A DNA stretch of 64,000 bases. Origin: a virus (lineage: Duplodnaviria > Caudoviricetes). Below the pieces are notes generated by a model. That model did not search any database, was not told the origin of the DNA, and saw only the letters and a program-made list of their open reading frames with translations. Each line of letters opens with the position of its first letter. Position 1 is the first letter of the stretch. This document shows, one piece after another, positions 53,160-61,976 of this stretch. The stretch lies in IMG/VR virus record IMGVR_UViG_2791355120_000002, positions 1 to 64,000 of that record; one strand, written 5' to 3'. Position numbers and translations under genes: made by a program.

Positions 53160-56100
53160 CTAATTGTTGAGAGCGCCCGACACCTTCCGAGAGTTGCGCG
53201 TTAGCCAATTCATCATGATCCGCTCGCCGGCCGTGCTCGCAAGCGCGTTCTCCAAAACGTCGTTGGGATCGAAGACGTTTACGTTCTTGAGGTTGACCGC
53301 CACCCGGCCGCCGCCATTCTTGCTGTGGCGTGCATCATCCTCGGTCAGAACTTCCTCGCCCTTAAGAGCGACGATCGGAACTTCGTCTGGCTTGAGGCCG
53401 ACGATGCCGCCGCCATGGTGGCGTTGCGCATTGGCGAAGATAGCCGGATTGACCATGCGAGCGCCGGAAGCCGATGCCTGGCCGACGATACCGCCTTCGT
53501 GGAACAGCGACGTGATCCAGCCGGCAATCGAGCCGCCGAGGCCGCCGCTGCCACCAGCGCCCGCGCCGCCAGAGATCGCGTTGAACAGCGCCTGCTTGAC
53601 GATTGCCTTGCCAATCTCAATCAAGAAGTCAGCGATACCCTGCCGCAGCGCATTGAAGAATGCCGTCGCTGCGTTCTCGCCTTGCGCGATCGACTGCGCA
53701 AACGCGCTGAATGCATTGCCGCCGATGTCGGCGATTTCCTCGTTGAGTTGCTGAGCCTGCGGCAGGAACTGCTTGTCAATCTTCTGCAGCGTCTGGCCAA
53801 TACCTTCCTGCAACGCTTGCAGCTTCGCGATCTGCTGATCAGCCGCCGCGCCGCCGATCGCCTGCCAGAATGCAATGGCGGCCGGGATTGCGCTTTTCAG
53901 CTTTTCTTCGATCTGGCCAATCTGGTCGATCGCGCTGGCAACCTTCCCTTGGTCGCCGGCAGCCTGGGCGATCTGCAAGCTCTGGAACAGCGCCGTGCGC
54001 TGCTCGACGAGCCGGTTCACTTCGTCGTTAGCGTGGGCGCGGTCGAACTCGGCAGCGGCCGTTTCCTTCACCAGGTCGCGCTGCTGTTGCGAAAGCTCGA
54101 CGCCGGCCTTCTTTGCCTTGATTTCCTCGTCGGTGATGGCCTTGGCGATGAAGGCTTCGCGGTTCTCTTTGATCTTGTAATCGAGTTCCGCCTTCGCGGC
54201 ATCCATGCGGGCCGTGAAGTCCTTCTCGTATTCCTGCGTCTTCTTTGCCTGCTCGGTGATGCCGGCATAGGCTGCCAGGATGCCCTCGGCCTTGGCCTTG
54301 TGATCATCCATCTGCCCCGACACCTTGTCGAGCACCGTGCCAGGCGCGCCGCCGTTCTTCTCGTCGGACGCATTGATGTTCTTCGCGTTGCCGGCGTTAA
54401 TCGCGGCGTAGATTTGCAGCAGCCCGTCGCCGGCCTTCACACCAGCGTCGACCAGGTACTTGGCCATCGCCTCCATCTGCGCCTGGACCGATGAATCCTG
54501 GCTGATGCCATACCGCTGCTGCGCAGCCGGGCCGGCTTGAAACAGGCCCACATACTGATTGCCCGCGCCGCCACGGATGGACGGGTTGAAGGTGCCCCCG
54601 GTCTCGTAGGAGATCGCCGTCAGGATGTCCTTCACGTCGACCTTCAACTGATCGGCGATGATTGTTGCGAACCGAACGATGTCGGCCATCTGCGCGGCTG
54701 ACGCCGAGCCCGAGTTGCGCTGCGCGGTATACTCGGCTTCGTAGTTCTTGTGCGTCGCATCGTAGGCCATGCCCGCCTGCGCGCGAATTTGGTTCGTCTG
54801 CTCGGCGGTGAGCCCGAGAATATCCTGGTTGAGCCGCTTGGCTTCTTCGAGCGCGGCGTTCTTCGCCTTGAGCAGTTCGCCTTCGATGTACCGTTCGCGG
54901 TTGGTCAGGTTCGCCTGGCGCGTCTCGTCGGTCAGCGCCTTGCCCTGTTTGTCGATCACCGCCTGAATGTCGAGCCGTGCCTTCTTGTCGGCCTCGGTCT
55001 GCGCAGCCACATCCTTCTGCGCAGCGTCGCCGTCCTTGATGGCCTGCAACTCGGCTTGCCGCTTGTCGACGATATCCTGCAACAGCGCACGCTGCGCTTC
55101 CAAAGCGCTCGTGTCAGCGTAGACAGTCTGACCGGCTTCCAGAAGCTTCGCCTGTTCGGCGATCTGGCCGTTGATCTCTGCGAGCTTCGCCCTCACTGCC
55201 TCAAGGTTGTTGGTGTCCACCCCGCCACCAAAGCCACTGGTGACGCTGCGAACCTTGTCGGCGACAGCCTCAACCTTTCCAGCAATATTCGCCATGGTGT
55301 TGGCGGCGTTCTCGGTTTCACGTCCGAGCTTTTGAAGCAGGCCTGACTTTTCGATGATGTCGAGCAAATCACTCCACGCGCGACCAGCGGCTTTCGCGGC
55401 TTCGGCCCACGAGGAAGTCGTATCGGCACCGCTCGCCAATTTCTGCGCGAGAATGTCTTGCGCGAGCGACATGGCGCCGGCCGAGTTGCCAGCCTTCGAC
55501 ATAGCCTCAATCTGCGCGTACTGATCGGCAGTGAGGAAGTTCAGTTCCTTGTCGAGATCGCGGACGCCGCTAACCGTGCCGCTGAACGCCGCCGAAAGCT
55601 TCTTGCCGGCCTCCGCAACATCGTCGCCCGTGATGGCGCTCAGACGCTGCGCCATTTGGGCGAGCGGGGCGAAGTCCTTCTGGTCGATGCCGTCTTTGAC
55701 GAACTGCTTGACCAGATCACGAGCCTTGTCGGTCGCAATGCCGAACTCGCCCATCTGCTGCGTGATCTTGACCAGTTCCTGCGCGCTGTATCGGCTGCCG
55801 TCAGCCGAGAGTGCCAGTTCCTTATTGAAGAGATCGAGCGAGTCGGCGGCGGTCTTCAGGCGTAACGCCGTCGCGATGAACGGCGCGAGCACGGCAGTGA
55901 CGCCGGCAATGATAGGGATCGAGCGTGCCAGGACCGACATGGCGCCCGGCCAAATCTGAATGAACTGACCCGCCTGTTGCGCGAGAATCTGCATCGGTCG
56001 CTGGCCCGCAGCCAGGCCAGAGATCACGTCGTTGACCTGGTAGCCGAGATTGGTCAACTGGTATGGCTTGAGGCCGAAGGCAGCGATGCTCTGCGCCTCG

Positions 56101-56678
56101 CCCTTCGTGGAACTCAGCGACGTGCTGTTGCGAAGCGCGGTCTGCTTCTTCGCCAGCGTGTCCTGCGCCTTCGCAGCGGTGTTCGAGGCTGCGGTGAGCT
56201 TGTTCAACTGCGTCGTCTGCGCGACGATCGCGGCGCTTTCCTCGGTCGCGGCGACAGCGCCTTTCTCCATCGCCGTCGCGAGGCGATTGAATGCAGCGTA
56301 GCCGTTCTTGCTGGCCTCGCCGTTAAGCTGATTGAGCGCAGTGCGATGACGGTTGAGCGTGTCGATCGCTTCCAGCGACCGCTTGCGCGTCAAGGCGATC
56401 GTCTCGCCAAGCTCGCGCTGTTCATCAGCGCTCAGCGAGCCCGACTTTCGCCCGTTGTCGAGTGCGGCCTGATAGCGTGCAACTTGGTCGGTGAGACGCT
56501 TGTAGTCGGCAACGGCGGTGTCGATGTCGCCCTTAGCCGCGCCGAGCACAGCGCGCCGATTAGATGCCTGAGCAGACGCAGAGAGCTTGTTCTGCGTCTG
56601 CTCGATGTTCTTGAGAACCTTCGAGTATTCGTCGCGAGCCTTTACGGCAAATTCTACGACTCTCTCGTTACTCGCCAT
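53160..56678 (-). CDS. Tape measure protein with a putative transglycosylase-like domain
   Basis: NLGYQVNDV...GQ.P..IL.QQ.GQ; ISYETGG.F...YVGLFQ; FHEGG.VG/HGGG C-terminus. Confidence 0.92.
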   Translation of the reverse strand: MASNERVVEFAVKARDEYSKVLKNIEQTQNKLSASAQASNRRAVLGAAKGDIDTAVADYKRLTDQVARYQAALDNGRKSGSLSADEQRELGETIALTRKRSLEAIDTLNRHRTALNQLNGEASKNGYAAFNRLATAMEKGAVAATEESAAIVAQTTQLNKLTAASNTAAKAQDTLAKKQTALRNSTSLSSTKGEAQSIAAFGLKPYQLTNLGYQVNDVISGLAAGQRPMQILAQQAGQFIQIWPGAMSVLARSIPIIAGVTAVLAPFIATALRLKTAADSLDLFNKELALSADGSRYSAQELVKITQQMGEFGIATDKARDLVKQFVKDGIDQKDFAPLAQMAQRLSAITGDDVAEAGKKLSAAFSGTVSGVRDLDKELNFLTADQYAQIEAMSKAGNSAGAMSLAQDILAQKLASGADTTSSWAEAAKAAGRAWSDLLDIIEKSGLLQKLGRETENAANTMANIAGKVEAVADKVRSVTSGFGGGVDTNNLEAVRAKLAEINGQIAEQAKLLEAGQTVYADTSALEAQRALLQDIVDKRQAELQAIKDGDAAQKDVAAQTEADKKARLDIQAVIDKQGKALTDETRQANLTNRERYIEGELLKAKNAALEEAKRLNQDILGLTAEQTNQIRAQAGMAYDATHKNYEAEYTAQRNSGSASAAQMADIVRFATIIADQLKVDVKDILTAISYETGGTFNPSIRGGAGNQYVGLFQAGPAAQQRYGISQDSSVQAQMEAMAKYLVDAGVKAGDGLLQIYAAINAGNAKNINASDEKNGGAPGTVLDKVSGQMDDHKAKAEGILAAYAGITEQAKKTQEYEKDFTARMDAAKAELDYKIKENREAFIAKAITDEEIKAKKAGVELSQQQRDLVKETAAAEFDRAHANDEVNRLVEQRTALFQSLQIAQAAGDQGKVASAIDQIGQIEEKLKSAIPAAIAFWQAIGGAAADQQIAKLQALQEGIGQTLQKIDKQFLPQAQQLNEEIADIGGNAFSAFAQSIAQGENAATAFFNALRQGIADFLIEIGKAIVKQALFNAISGGAGAGGSGGLGGSIAGWITSLFHEGGIVGQASASGARMVNPAIFANAQRHHGGGIVGLKPDEVPIVALKGEEVLTEDDARHSKNGGGRVAVNLKNVNVFDPNDVLENALASTAGERIMMNWLTRNSRKVSGALNN

Positions 56679-57000
56679 CCGTCAGTTCCTTCAATTGCTG
56701 CTTCAAGACGTTGGCAGCGTTCCTGGTGGCGGCGGGCTTTACGCTCTTGTTCGGGATGCTGGAGAGCGCCAACTGCAGAAGCGAGATTTCGGCGGCCAAC
56801 TGAGCGTTGATGCGTCGGACCACCAGGCTTGCTTCTGCGAACACCTTCCAGATTGGATAGCTAAATGCGTTGGGATGTCCGTGGTCGAGCAATAGGCTGA
56901 CCTGGCGACGGACGCCCTCTATCCAATCGTCGAGTGTTCCGGGGATGTCAGCTTCGCTGCCGACATGGCCACCTTCGTGACGATCTCCATCAGTTTTCCC
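56668..57000 (-). CDS. Tail assembly chaperone gpT-like portion (-1 frameshift product)
   Basis: The -1 frame is open from slippery GGGAAAA (56994-57000) to the stop at 56668. Confidence 0.75.
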   Translation of the reverse strand, partial: GKTDGDRHEGGHVGSEADIPGTLDDWIEGVRRQVSLLLDHGHPNAFSYPIWKVFAEASLVVRRINAQLAAEISLLQLALSSIPNKSVKPAATRNAANVLKQQLKELTDGE

Positions 57001-57353
57001 AAGCCGCCTTCTGCCTCCACCGTCAGCCGGAAAATCTTGGCCAGGGCATCGGCCTGAACCGCAAGCGGCAGGTTGATCTTTGCCAACCGCTCGGCGCTCT
57101 CGGGCTCACCCAATCCGCACGCGATGACCAGCGAAACGAGCGGCGCGAAGTCGTCGATGATCGACACCGCGATTTCCTCGGCGCTCGCCGGCAAGGTGCC
57201 GCTGATGGCCTGCGTGTAGAGGTTCGCCACCACCTCGCGATGATGGCGAACGATGAAGGTGATGTGCGTTAGGCTGAGCCCGTAGACCTTCAGCGTGTTG
57301 GCGCCGAAGGTCACGGTCTCGGACGGAATGATCAGTGTCTCCAACTGGCTCAT
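56919..57353 (-). CDS. Tail assembly chaperone (gpG-like)
   Basis: Between the tail tube and tape measure genes; contains G GGA AAA. Confidence 0.8.
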   Translation of the reverse strand: MSQLETLIIPSETVTFGANTLKVYGLSLTHITFIVRHHREVVANLYTQAISGTLPASAEEIAVSIIDDFAPLVSLVIACGLGEPESAERLAKINLPLAVQADALAKIFRLTVEAEGGLGKLMEIVTKVAMSAAKLTSPEHSTIG

Positions 57354-57362
57354 TGTCGCGCC

Positions 57363-58148
57363 TTACGCTGCCGGGCGGCCGTCGCGCAGAGCGAGAGGCA
57401 GCGTGCCCTTCTTGAGCGCGGAGATGTTCAGACCCATCGTCTGCCAGGCCGGCGAAGAAGCATCGGTCACGAGCGCCATGTCGCCGTTCGGGATGAGCCG
57501 GCAGCGCGGGATCGTGATATCGGACTGAGCGCCGAACGGGTTGATCGAGAAGAACTTCATCTCGCCCTCAACTGCCGAGATGCCGGTCGCGATCTGCGTG
57601 CGGGTCGAGACCTGCGTGTCGTAGTTGGCCACCAGCTTCGGCTTGTCGGTCAGGATGAACAGGAGGCCGAGTTCGAGATCGACGGTGTAGTCCGTGTCGA
57701 GCACGAAGGTGGCCGGCGTACCGGCAGCGCCATCATCGCAGGAGACGTTCGTCAGCTTGCGCGCGCCAGACGGATTGGCGGTCGTGCGGCCAAGCTGGAA
57801 CACGTCGCCGGCCTTGACGAGCAGGAAGGTTTCCGACAGGTCGGTGACAGCCGTGGCTGAAATGGTCGCCACATCACCCATCCACCAGTAGGAGATGTTT
57901 TCCGGCCGCATGTCGTCGGTCGACAGAGCGCCGTTCATGGTCGCGTCGATCGGAATTTCCTCGTCCAGGGTTTTGAGGCCACCCATCGCGCCGTAGTGCG
58001 GCAAGGTCTCAGCGCTGCGGGTCAGCGTGAACTCGGGGCAGTTGCCAAGTTCGCGGAGCGGACCAGGGTTTTGCGTGCCGGCGAGATACTTGGCAAAGTA
58101 GGCCTTGCCCTTCGGCACGACGAGGTTCTTGGACTGAGTGTCGAACAT
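57363..58148 (-). CDS. Major tail tube protein
   Basis: KGKAYF...LGNCPEF...DYTVD...G; position; AAGGAG SD. Confidence 0.85.
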   Translation of the reverse strand: MFDTQSKNLVVPKGKAYFAKYLAGTQNPGPLRELGNCPEFTLTRSAETLPHYGAMGGLKTLDEEIPIDATMNGALSTDDMRPENISYWWMGDVATISATAVTDLSETFLLVKAGDVFQLGRTTANPSGARKLTNVSCDDGAAGTPATFVLDTDYTVDLELGLLFILTDKPKLVANYDTQVSTRTQIATGISAVEGEMKFFSINPFGAQSDITIPRCRLIPNGDMALVTDASSPAWQTMGLNISALKKGTLPLALRDGRPAA

Positions 58149-58174
58149 TGCGATTTCTCCTTCTTACGTGACTA

Positions 58175-58189
58175 TCACGTATAACGTGA
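58175..58189. promoter_or_regulatory. Operator palindrome inside the late operon
   Basis: TCACGTATAACGTGA. Confidence 0.7.
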
Positions 58190-58196
58190 TTTTAGA

Positions 58197-58730
58197 TTAA
58201 GCGAAAGGTGTCTCAAGGTTTTCTGCTAGGGTTAGCGTCACCGGAACCAGAAAATATGCGACGGCGGAAACGTCATCGTCGGGCGGCCGATGAACGGGTT
58301 CTCCGATCGATAGGCCGATCACGCAGGGCGCGACGTTGCCGAGATCGAGGAAATTGTAGTCCCGAACCTTCTTCGCCTTCACTAGTGCCGTGATCACGTC
58401 GGCCGAGGCATAGTAGGCGGGATCGAGCGGATTATCCTTGTCGTCCTGAACGAAGCCTTGGATCAGAAGTCGGAATTCGTTCACCGCGTTTCCCGACGTG
58501 ATGTTCGAGGCGCCGGGCTCACGCGAGCGAGGGTCTTCCAGAACCGAAAGCATCGGCAGCGGATCGCCCTCACCGAACACTGTGCGGCCACGGAACACTC
58601 GCGCGGCCGAGCGGCCGGCTTCGTCGGTGAAATCGGAGAAGTCGTGTTGGTAGCCGTTGGTGGGAGTGATCGATTTGAGCACGTTGTTGCAGATCGCCTT
58701 GGCGACGCGCAGGCGGAAAGGATCAGCCAT
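58197..58730 (-). CDS. Tail terminator/completion protein
   Basis: I.PTNGY..D...VFRGR..FG..DPLP; position. Confidence 0.75.
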   Translation of the reverse strand: MADPFRLRVAKAICNNVLKSITPTNGYQHDFSDFTDEAGRSAARVFRGRTVFGEGDPLPMLSVLEDPRSREPGASNITSGNAVNEFRLLIQGFVQDDKDNPLDPAYYASADVITALVKAKKVRDYNFLDLGNVAPCVIGLSIGEPVHRPPDDDVSAVAYFLVPVTLTLAENLETPFA

Positions 58731-59337
58731 TTCTCAGAAGCTCCATCTGGCGGTTGAATTCTTCCTCCACGTCGTCCAGCGTTTCCTGGCTCATGTCTTC
58801 GAAGACACCGCCATCGCGTGACGCGGCGCTCAACGCCTGATCGACGGACGGGCCATAGAGCAGCCACAGGTTCTTGCCGATCGGCTTCGGCTTATATGCG
58901 CCAGCCGGCGCCTCGCCATTGGTGCGCACCGCCAGGCCGATGTTGTCGTTCTTCAGGCGCATGATGAAGGCGCGCGAGATCGATTTCGTCTGGCCGGGCT
59001 TCACCGTCACATTGATCTTGCCGCCGCGATGGCGGGCACCACCAGTCAGAACAGTCTGCCGGCTGAAGCGGGCGAGCGATGTAGCCTGACCACGACCCTC
59101 GATCATGGCAATGAGTGCGCCACGGCGGGCGCGGGTCTTGACCCACAGTTTCTTGCTCGACGGCGACACGTAAGACGCGGGGAAAGCAACCTGATCGCGC
59201 ACCAGTCTCGCTGCGCGCGTGCGACCCTTGTCGGCGGCCTTGTTCAGCGCGCGCACCAGCGCCGTCTCAATCTCGGCTGTCACTTCGCCGATGGCTGGCA
59301 GTTGCGCGAACTCGACGATGACCAGCGCCGCGCTCAA
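58723..59337 (-). CDS. Neck/tail completion protein (gpZ-like)
   Basis: RALNK...LYGPSVDQ; basic; start codon uncertain. Confidence 0.7.
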   Translation of the reverse strand: MSAALVIVEFAQLPAIGEVTAEIETALVRALNKAADKGRTRAARLVRDQVAFPASYVSPSSKKLWVKTRARRGALIAMIEGRGQATSLARFSRQTVLTGGARHRGGKINVTVKPGQTKSISRAFIMRLKNDNIGLAVRTNGEAPAGAYKPKPIGKNLWLLYGPSVDQALSAASRDGGVFEDMSQETLDDVEEEFNRQMELLRNG

Positions 59338-59741
59338 CTGAGGATACCTTCCCAAACGTCGCCGGTGGCATCCACGCCAGTCAGGAATTCGGTCAGATCA
59401 GCTTGGGAAACCTCGGATACCTCGGAATAGAGGTAGCCTTCCCGCCACGGCTTTCCAGGGCCGGTGCGATAGGCTTCGGAGTTTCCAAAGATGACGTAAC
59501 TGTTGATGAGAACCTTCGGCAGTTGGGTCTGCTGAAAGACGATACGATTCGTTAGATCGAGCACCGTGGCGCCGTTGCGGAAGTCGTCGGCCTGGTTCTG
59601 CGAGGCCACCTGCGCCTTATGCAAACGGACGGTGACGCGAACAGGCGTCCCTGCGGCGTGCGTGAGGTACACCGCAGGAATCTCGAAAGTCGCGTGGACG
59701 TGTCCAAGCGACTTTCGCTTCTGTTCGCGCCAGCCGGCCAT
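59334..59741 (-). CDS. Head-tail joining protein
   Basis: VH.TF.IPAVY...VRLH; position. Confidence 0.7.
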   Translation of the reverse strand: MAGWREQKRKSLGHVHATFEIPAVYLTHAAGTPVRVTVRLHKAQVASQNQADDFRNGATVLDLTNRIVFQQTQLPKVLINSYVIFGNSEAYRTGPGKPWREGYLYSEVSEVSQADLTEFLTGVDATGDVWEGILS

Positions 59742-60277
59742 TAGACGAGCGACTCGTCGTCGGCAGCCTTCTTGCCGCCCTTCTTCTTGGCAGCATCGGC
59801 GGCAGCTTTGTCAGCCGCTTCCTTCTCAGCCGCGTCAGCAGCAGCCTTGTCGGCAGCGTCCTTCTCGGCCTGCTCCTTGGCAGCCTTCTCGGCCGCTTCA
59901 GCTTGTTCCTGAGCAAGCTTCTCAGCCGCGTCAGCAGCAGCCTTGTCGGCAGCGTCCTTCTCGGCCTGCTCCTGAGCAAGCTTCTCAGCCGCGTCAGCAG
60001 CAGCCTTGTCGGCAGCGTCCTTCTCGGCCTGCTCCTTGGCGGCCTTCGCGGCGGCCTCAGCAGCAGCGCGCTCAGCTTCCTCGGCCTCGTGATCGACAGG
60101 CTTCTTGATGCCGGCCTTCACCAGGTCTTCCTCGCTGGCCTCAACAGCCGCGAGGACATCGGGCCGCAGAACGTAGTCGAGTTCGTCGCCTTCCAGGTCC
60201 GCGACCTGGCCGGGATACACGACCGGGGGTTTCGTCTTCGGGTCGCGCTGAATGGTGTGGATTGCTTTGATGTACAT
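59741..60277 (-). CDS. Ala/Glu/Lys-rich repeat protein downstream of the capsid gene
   Basis: EQAEKDAADKAAADAAEK x3. Confidence 0.75.
   Translation of the reverse strand: MYIKAIHTIQRDPKTKPPVVYPGQVADLEGDELDYVLRPDVLAAVEASEEDLVKAGIKKPVDHEAEEAERAAAEAAAKAAKEQAEKDAADKAAADAAEKLAQEQAEKDAADKAAADAAEKLAQEQAEAAEKAAKEQAEKDAADKAAADAAEKEAADKAAADAAKKKGGKKAADDESLV
59822..60036. repeat. 56-bp perfect repeat x3
   Basis: 59822-59877, 59918-59973 and 59981-60036. Confidence 0.85.
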
Positions 60278-60294
60278 GAGATCGTCTCCGTTGA

Positions 60295-60325
60295 GAAAAC
60301 GGCCCGACAGGGTTTGCCGGGCCGT
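60295..60325 (-). terminator. Terminator after the major capsid gene
   Basis: ACGGCCCG/CGGGCCGT stem followed by T residues on the minus strand. Confidence 0.65.
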
Positions 60326-60346
60326 GGGGTTCTCTCGTGTCCTGGC

Positions 60347-61441
60347 TTACGCCAGCACGCGAGCCTTGAAAGTGCGGTTCGGGTAGAGCGGAACCGGCAG
60401 GGGCGAGGCCTGATGCATCAGGAAGTCGTCGCCCGGATCGTCGGTCTTGAACTGCTTGGCGAAGATGCGGGCGTTTTGCAGACCGCTCTTGATCGCCTCG
60501 TTGTCGAAGATCGCACCGTAGCACTTGACGCCCGTGGCACCCGGAGCGACGAGCAGGATGTCCTTCTCGTTGAACAGGTCCACCTTCGTGGTGCCGCCAG
60601 AGCCATCCGGCACATCGACGGTATCCTTGTAGGCCCAAACGCTGAGACCATCGGCAAGCTGGCCGATATAGGTCAGCGGCTGCTCCTGCCGCATGATGCC
60701 GAGCGAGATCGACACCGTGTCGTTGCCACGGTAGCGAGTGTCGAGCGCGTCCTTGATGCCGGCATTCTTGCGGAACACGGGAGCCACCTGCGCACCTACG
60801 ATCAACTGCGCGGCCGAGCCGCCGCCGTTGGCCAGGTACATGGTGTTCATCCACGTCTGCAGATCGCCAAGGATGTCGGCGGCCGGATCGCTCCAGAAGC
60901 CCGAGGACTTGACGACGGTGTGACCGGCCGCGCGGCCAAAGTCGAGCAGGACGGACGGATTCTTGGCGCCCTGGTCGCGGTCATAATCGATCTGCACCTT
61001 GGCGTCGATGAAGGCTCGCGCCGCCATCCACGCCTCGCGCACGTCGATCGCGCGAGTGTGCATTTCGGTGATCTCAGCCACGCGCATGTCGTACCTCTCG
61101 GCGAGCGTGGGCTGACGGCCGGCGTTGATGAAGACTTCCGAAGGACGGATGTTCTTCAGGTCGGTCGCGCGCACCGCATTCTTGAGCTTGATATACGGCG
61201 CGGTGATCTCCGAGATCGACTCGCTCTTGGCGTTCTGCATCGGCCGGCCCTGTTCGTAAGGCAGGACGAAGGGCGCCAGGAAGCGAGTGGAGGCCGGCAG
61301 GTCCGCGAAGCGGATCGCGCCGTCTTCCGAGAAGTGCATCTGCGTGAAGAACGTGTCCAGGAAGTAGGACGGAATCGCCTTGTAGCGATCGTCCTGACGC
61401 AGAGCGTAGAGGTCTTTGGGAGTCCAGAGTTCGATACCCAT
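60347..61441 (-). CDS. Major capsid protein (lambda gpE family)
   Basis: FLDTFF, LAPFV.P, PYIK.K, RE.WMAA, YGAI.D and SPLPVP motifs. Confidence 0.92.
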   Translation of the reverse strand: MGIELWTPKDLYALRQDDRYKAIPSYFLDTFFTQMHFSEDGAIRFADLPASTRFLAPFVLPYEQGRPMQNAKSESISEITAPYIKLKNAVRATDLKNIRPSEVFINAGRQPTLAERYDMRVAEITEMHTRAIDVREAWMAARAFIDAKVQIDYDRDQGAKNPSVLLDFGRAAGHTVVKSSGFWSDPAADILGDLQTWMNTMYLANGGGSAAQLIVGAQVAPVFRKNAGIKDALDTRYRGNDTVSISLGIMRQEQPLTYIGQLADGLSVWAYKDTVDVPDGSGGTTKVDLFNEKDILLVAPGATGVKCYGAIFDNEAIKSGLQNARIFAKQFKTDDPGDDFLMHQASPLPVPLYPNRTFKARVLA

Positions 61442-61485
61442 GGATGCTTTTCCTTCGAGAGTTCGGGGCTAACGAGCCTTCGGGG

Positions 61486-61938
61486 TTACGGGGCCGCCAC
61501 GGTCGAGCCGAAGTAAACTTCGCGAACGACGATGTTGGTCGGGGTGGGTGCGCCAGCGAACGCCGCGAACTTCTCGGCGTCGGTGTCGAAGCTCGCCGGC
61601 CAGGCGATCATGTGCTTGGCAAGGCAGCCGCTGCGCAGGATCGGGAGACCGGGGTTCTGTCCGACCGGGATCACGATCTTGAAAAGCGTGATGCCGATGG
61701 CCTTGATGTCGTCGGCCGGATCGACGCTCCCGACGAGAGCCGGAACCAGATTGCCCGAGTCGTCGAAGCCGACAGGGGTGTAGGGTTCCAGCGTCTGGTT
61801 GGCCGCAGCCTTCAAGTCCTGTACGACGACAGCCGGCGTTTCGCCGACGATCAGGCCTTCCAAGACGGGGTTGATGGTATCGGTCCACTGCGACGGCGTG
61901 CCAGCGGAAGGACCGAGGTTCGGAAGATTGATGTCCAT
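61486..61938 (-). CDS. Head decoration protein (gpD-like)
   Basis: Position between protease and capsid; AIGI...SG.....IAWP. Confidence 0.75.
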   Translation of the reverse strand: MDINLPNLGPSAGTPSQWTDTINPVLEGLIVGETPAVVVQDLKAAANQTLEPYTPVGFDDSGNLVPALVGSVDPADDIKAIGITLFKIVIPVGQNPGLPILRSGCLAKHMIAWPASFDTDAEKFAAFAGAPTPTNIVVREVYFGSTVAAP

Positions 61939-61976
61939 TCGACTCTCTCCTTAGTCTACGGTTGAGCCTCGGGCCG

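Noticed and set aside
2401-58189. Operator motif as a host CtrA, LexA or CRP/FNR box
   Set aside because: It does not match TTAA-N7-TTAA, GTTC-N7-GTTC, TGTGA-N6-TCACA or TTGA-N6-TCAA.
49818-61516. Long plus-strand ORFs opposite the structural genes (e.g. 49818-51341, 59903-61516)
   Set aside because: Antisense shadows of high-GC coding genes with no recognisable motifs.
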